Source: Tubulanus polymorphus (lineage: Eukaryota; Animalia; Nemertea). Taken from it: 64,000 nucleotides of DNA. Below, piece by piece: positions 59,301 through 64,000 of the stretch (positions are counted from its first letter, which is position 1; the number at the start of each line of letters is the position of its first letter). The notes under the pieces are model-generated. The model searched no databases. It was not told where the DNA came from and saw nothing but the letters and a program-made list of their open reading frames with translations. The stretch spans positions 14,372,275 through 14,436,274 of the forward strand of contig NC_134032.1 in NCBI RefSeq assembly GCF_964204645.1, written 5' to 3'. A program made the position numbers and the translations under genes.

Positions 59301-61919
59301 AATACTGTCTCATTGAATTACAGGATATCGATATAAAAATCAGACCGAAGGAGTGAGTGATTAAAATGTTAAAAGGAGAATACAGATTTTAAGTCGAAAG
59401 TTTGAGACGAAAAACTGGGTAACAATAGACCTTTGGTTATTCTGTGAAATCTATTTGAAAATGAGCTGAATTTGACGGGAGACCGCGGAGCATCCACGGG
59501 AGCATCGGAGTTAAATCTGTTTTCATGTTTATAGACTACATGCTCGACTGTCTCCTGAATATAAATTGAATTTGCGTGTATTGAGTGAGTGAGATGAGCA
59601 TCTATTTTGGCAGATATCCACTTCATTAGTCATCAATTTCGCTGTCATCTTCACCGGCGGCGGCCGTCTACGTCGTCATTCTTCTTCTCCTCCTCGTCGT
59701 GTTCATTCGTTCAAATTGTAAAAGGAATTAGGGAATTAGACGATCAATATTCAGACTCTCTCTCTCTCTTCACTCCACTCTTTATCTCTCCATCACAAAG
59801 TGACACAATGTAATTATTTGAAAGATTACGACTAACAAAGTATTACTTGAAACGACGAAGTAGAAACATTTTTGAAAAAAAGTAACAAATGTTTAAAAAG
59901 ATTTTAAAAAAAATTCAAAAAAAACATTCTAACATTTTTAAGACATTTTAAGATTTTAAAAAAGGCATTGTAACATTTAACAAGATAGTGTAACATTTTT
60001 TAAAGACAGTTGATTTTTAAAGAAGATTGTAAATATCATTTTAAAAGGTAATGTTGAATTGAAAAAAAAAATTGTAAAATTTGTCGATACATTGTTACAT
60101 TTGTTAAGACGTTGTTGGACTTTCTTAAAACAGAAACATTCTTGCATTTCAAATACATCTTATTAAAGAAATGCAGGGTTCAGTCACTGAAGTTCTTTAG
60201 AGTTAACCAGTAGATAGTTGACTGGACATAGTGATAGTAAAAAAGGCTCATTGTGTATATGGCATTTATCCGTCGGTTATCACTTATTATCTGTCGGTTA
60301 TCACAAATTAACTTTTTAGTAACTGCAGCTACTGTATTTTAACTATTAAAGAAGCAATTATTTTATTGCTGTAAATACCATAGATCGGGATGGGAAAGTG
60401 ATCGTTATTTGGTTACCTTGATAGGTGGTGATGGATTTTGTTTTTTGTTTTCATTTCTAGGGCATTCCCCTTTTTGGTACAGCCTCTAGGCTTAGGGATG
60501 TGCTTTAAATTATGTAGGACCAGTGTACATTAAAGCAACATTTATTAAAAATCTTGTACATATATTGATAAACAAAGTATTATTATAGTTGATGCAGAGG
60601 TGTTTGAGTAGATCTGCGAGACCGATCACACTCTTAACCTCCATAGAACACGATATGATATTTTGAATTACCGGTGATCAGCGATCAACGAGTCGTCGTC
60701 GTATATTAAATTTCTGTAAGTATTAATTTCGGTTGATTGCCGAGGGGTCGAGCGGGCTCCGACGGACGCCGCGGTTTTAAAAGTCTTCGTAATTCAATAA
60801 CGTCGGCGAGATAGAAACTATTTCGATTGAGACGAGGCTTTCTCCGTTACCTCGAGGGAACGAAACGCAATAAATTTTCAAATATCATTCTCTCTCTCTC
60901 GTGAACATCTGAAATATCATTACGATTATTGGACTGGAATATTAGCCTGAATGTATGATTACCTTTACCGTCGTCGGCGGCGACGGATAAAAGCACTTCA
61001 CCGTACGGCGCTGCGGCTACTGTGTCCTCCGGGGGCGAAATTCCTTTCTAAAACGGATAGAAATTCCGTCGGTAATTTACATATCTCTTAAGTAGCGGAG
61101 ATTATTATTATAATTGAATGACCGCGTCGTCTCGGGATACGAACGAACGCGCATTGTTGCGTAACACACTGACCGACGACGACGACGGTCACTTTCTATT
61201 AGTAACGTTATCAATTTTCATAAACCATCGCAGCATCATCATCATCATCCGGTCGCTATCGGTTACCGCTTCAATCGCATCTTTATTCGGTTCTTTTTGA
61301 TCGGAAAAATGATCTGAATTTAAAAAATTGTTTTTTTTTTGTGATAATAAATGATTTCTTCTCCGGAGAAATCAGAATGAAATCAAGTTCGCCAGAATTT
61401 TTTTTCACTTTCATAATTTTCCAAAAATTTGTTTAGAAATTTTCTCTTCGATTTTTAGATGATATCTCTCTCAAGTATTTTTCACTCAGTTCAATGTGAA
61501 TGATGAATACTTGCCACTGGTATTGAATTACCTCTCTTGAGTCCGGTATAGATTTCCTACTGTTCACAAATATGAATATTGTGTCATATACATGTGACAG
61601 TCATTGGTTTAGTTGGTTAGTAAATGCACGCAAGATGGGGGCTCATAGGGAGGGATAGGGAGGTGGGTGATAGAATCTTACTGTTTAAATACATTACATC
61701 ATCAGTTGTGTCATAAACTGCAGATGATTGAGAATGAATTCTCCTGCAGCGAGTGATGAGCGATGAGAGATGAGGCTCACTGATTGTCCCTTCTCTCTGT
61801 CTCCCTTTTTCCACTGATCACCAACTCAGTGCACGTGACTTCCACAGTCACCTGCATTACAGTGTAGTCTCCCACTGATTCTATGATGGAGTGACTCATG
61901 AGTTATAGTATTACCGTCT

Positions 61920-62475
61920 TAAGTGACTCCAGATATTAGTTCTCAATGACTCCAATACCTAGTGACTCCAATACTTAGTGACTCCCAGCTATGAGCAACT
62001 ATGTTGAGATAATTGCTCGTAGCTCCCAGTTACTCCAGTACCTAGTGGCTCCAGTAACTAAAATGGCTTCAATACGTAGTCATTCCAGTACCCGTGACTC
62101 CAGTAACCAATGATTCCAGTAACTATTGACTCCAGTAACTAATGACTCCTGTAACTAATGACTCCAGTACCTAGTGGCTCCAGTAACTAAAATGGCTTCA
62201 ATACGTAGTCATTCCAGTACCCGTGACTCCAGTAACCAATGATTCCAGTAACTATTAACTCCAGTAACTAATGACTCCTGTAACTAATGACTCCAGTACC
62301 TAGTGACTCCAGTAACTAATCACTCCAGTAACTAGTTATTCCAGTAACTAATCACTCCAATAACCAATGACTCCAGTACCTAGTGACTCCAGTAACTAAT
62401 GACTCCAGTTACTAGTGACTCCGGTGACTAATGACTCCAGTAACCAATGACTCCAGTACCTAGTGACTCCAGTAT
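61920..62475. repeat. 16-bp minisatellite (gactccagtaactaat)
   Basis: Direct reading. Confidence 0.85.
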
Positions 62476-63184
62476 CTGGTAGGAGTGACTGATGTAGTGT
62501 GAGTTCACTGCAATAACGACTCACTCACTGGTAAACGCGCGCGCTGCACACAAACTGTTATTGCGATTTTTCTTGTCAGGAAAATGTAGTTTTTATGGCC
62601 GTAGCCTTGAGTCAGATGAATCTTTTCTCCGGGAAATTGGTGCATAAAAATGCATATTGCTTTTCTTTAGGTCCCATAACTCTCATTACCATGGTTACGG
62701 GATGATAAATTTAGCGGTTTACCGTCGTTTAGACCTAAAAAGAGCGACGATCGATTTTTCTGAATTTTAGAAACCTTTTCAAAAATACGAGACCGATTAA
62801 ACTGCGTAACTGTTGTCGTCCCGGGTTCGAGCCCGCTTTATATCGAGCTATGAATTGTCGGCGTGAGAATGTTTTCGAGGTCGTTTAGTGCGTTGTGTCA
62901 TCAGTAATAACAGTTTCATCATGTCGTTCATCACTGAAGCTCGGTTTTTATCCGAGTGCAGCTGATTTTATGAGCTGTTTTTTTTAATGTCGTACTAAGA
63001 TCTGATGTTGTTGGTTTTTGCTCTGTCTGTGATGAAGGAATCAATCTCTCTATGGTGTCTGTCCGTCTGTCCGTCTGTCTGTGTTTACTGCTCACTTCAG
63101 GTAAATTAAACAAACTTTTTGTTCCAAATTTTGAAAGTGTTTTTTTAAACTTTTAAAAGTTCAAATCATATGTGAATTTGGGAT

Positions 63185-63345
63185 TTATTGATTTTAGGTG
63201 TACATTTATATATTTGGGGTGTACATTTATTGATTTTTGGTGTACAATTATTGATTTTTGGTGTACATTTATTGATTTTTGGTGTACATTTATTGATTTT
63301 TGGTATACATTTATTGATTTCTGATCTACATTTATTGATTTGCTC
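63185..63345. repeat. 21-bp tandem repeat (tacatttattgatttttggtg)
   Basis: Direct reading. Confidence 0.88.
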
Positions 63346-64000
63346 ATGAATTTATGATTTTTATATACCCTTATAAATTGGCCATCTACATTTCTTGATG
63401 ATTTCCATCAGCTAGATTCTTATGGCTGTTAACCGCTTAAACAACCCGTTACTGCACTGCCCCGCCACCTATGTTCACATCTAGAACTAAAGGCCTATAG
63501 GGTGTACGCCGCGGGGCAATAGTACTCGATTGACCTTCAAAAGACGTGAGGTGTGTGTTGTTTGACTAATTGTTGGCAGGAAAAAGTTTATCTTCGTATT
63601 GTCGTCAGTGGTATAATAGAACAGACAATCGGTCTCTCAACGGAATGTACTCTAACTGAATAATACTCGCACATTCGTGATAGATGGATAAAAAATAACG
63701 ACTACAGAAAGATGACTATGACTATCCTCGTTCTCTTTATCAGACTCGTTAAAGTACATTACTATGGATCCTCTCGCTCCGCCCCAACGTTCCTCTATCC
63801 TGTTCCCAATCCACCTTTAAATCTCATCAAATTTATTCTCATAAAAACTTCCCCGCTGTACAGAGTCTCACAGACAGTTGTCTATTTTCATAACTGATGT
63901 TTTGTCCTTGTAATTTTGTGTTTTTTTGTGTGTGAATTCTCTAGTTCATAATATTTCAGATTAATTGTGAGAAAACCTCAGAGTAGGGGCAGATTTTGGT

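Noticed and set aside
33000-64000. Conserved microRNA hairpins
   Set aside because: Only seed-length matches were noticed (e.g. ttgtgaccgtt near 54389, tgattgtcc near 61781), with no full mature sequence or convincing hairpin; the scan by eye was not exhaustive.

Overview
Eukaryotic animal genomic DNA (spliceosomal GT-AG introns, many MITEs and minisatellites). It is probably an invertebrate; the species cannot be determined from the window. The first ~29.5 kb holds five genes: (1) the 5' three exons of EXOSC6/MTR3 (minus strand, running off the window start); (2) an intronless class I SAM methyltransferase of HemK/MTS-like, bacterial-looking type (minus); (3) an intronless rhodopsin-family GPCR (plus); (4) a 12-exon TTC39C (plus); (5) a ~986-aa nuclear protein gene (minus). 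TTC39C has several unusual structures: two paralogous C-terminal exons, a triplicated exon-7 acceptor, and a MITE whose target duplication copies a splice donor. The 986-aa protein combines an atypical GATA finger, a probable Mutator-derived DNA-binding module and two C2H2 fingers. Its 3' 1.9 kb is present as an apparently identical tandem triplication (period 1916 bp). The remaining ~34 kb has no convincing protein-coding sequence and consists of tandem repeats, MITEs, tRNA-derived SINE heads and unique non-coding DNA. Several satellites appear to derive from MITE terminal inverted repeats. All gene models were spliced by eye and family calls are from remembered motifs; no searches were run.
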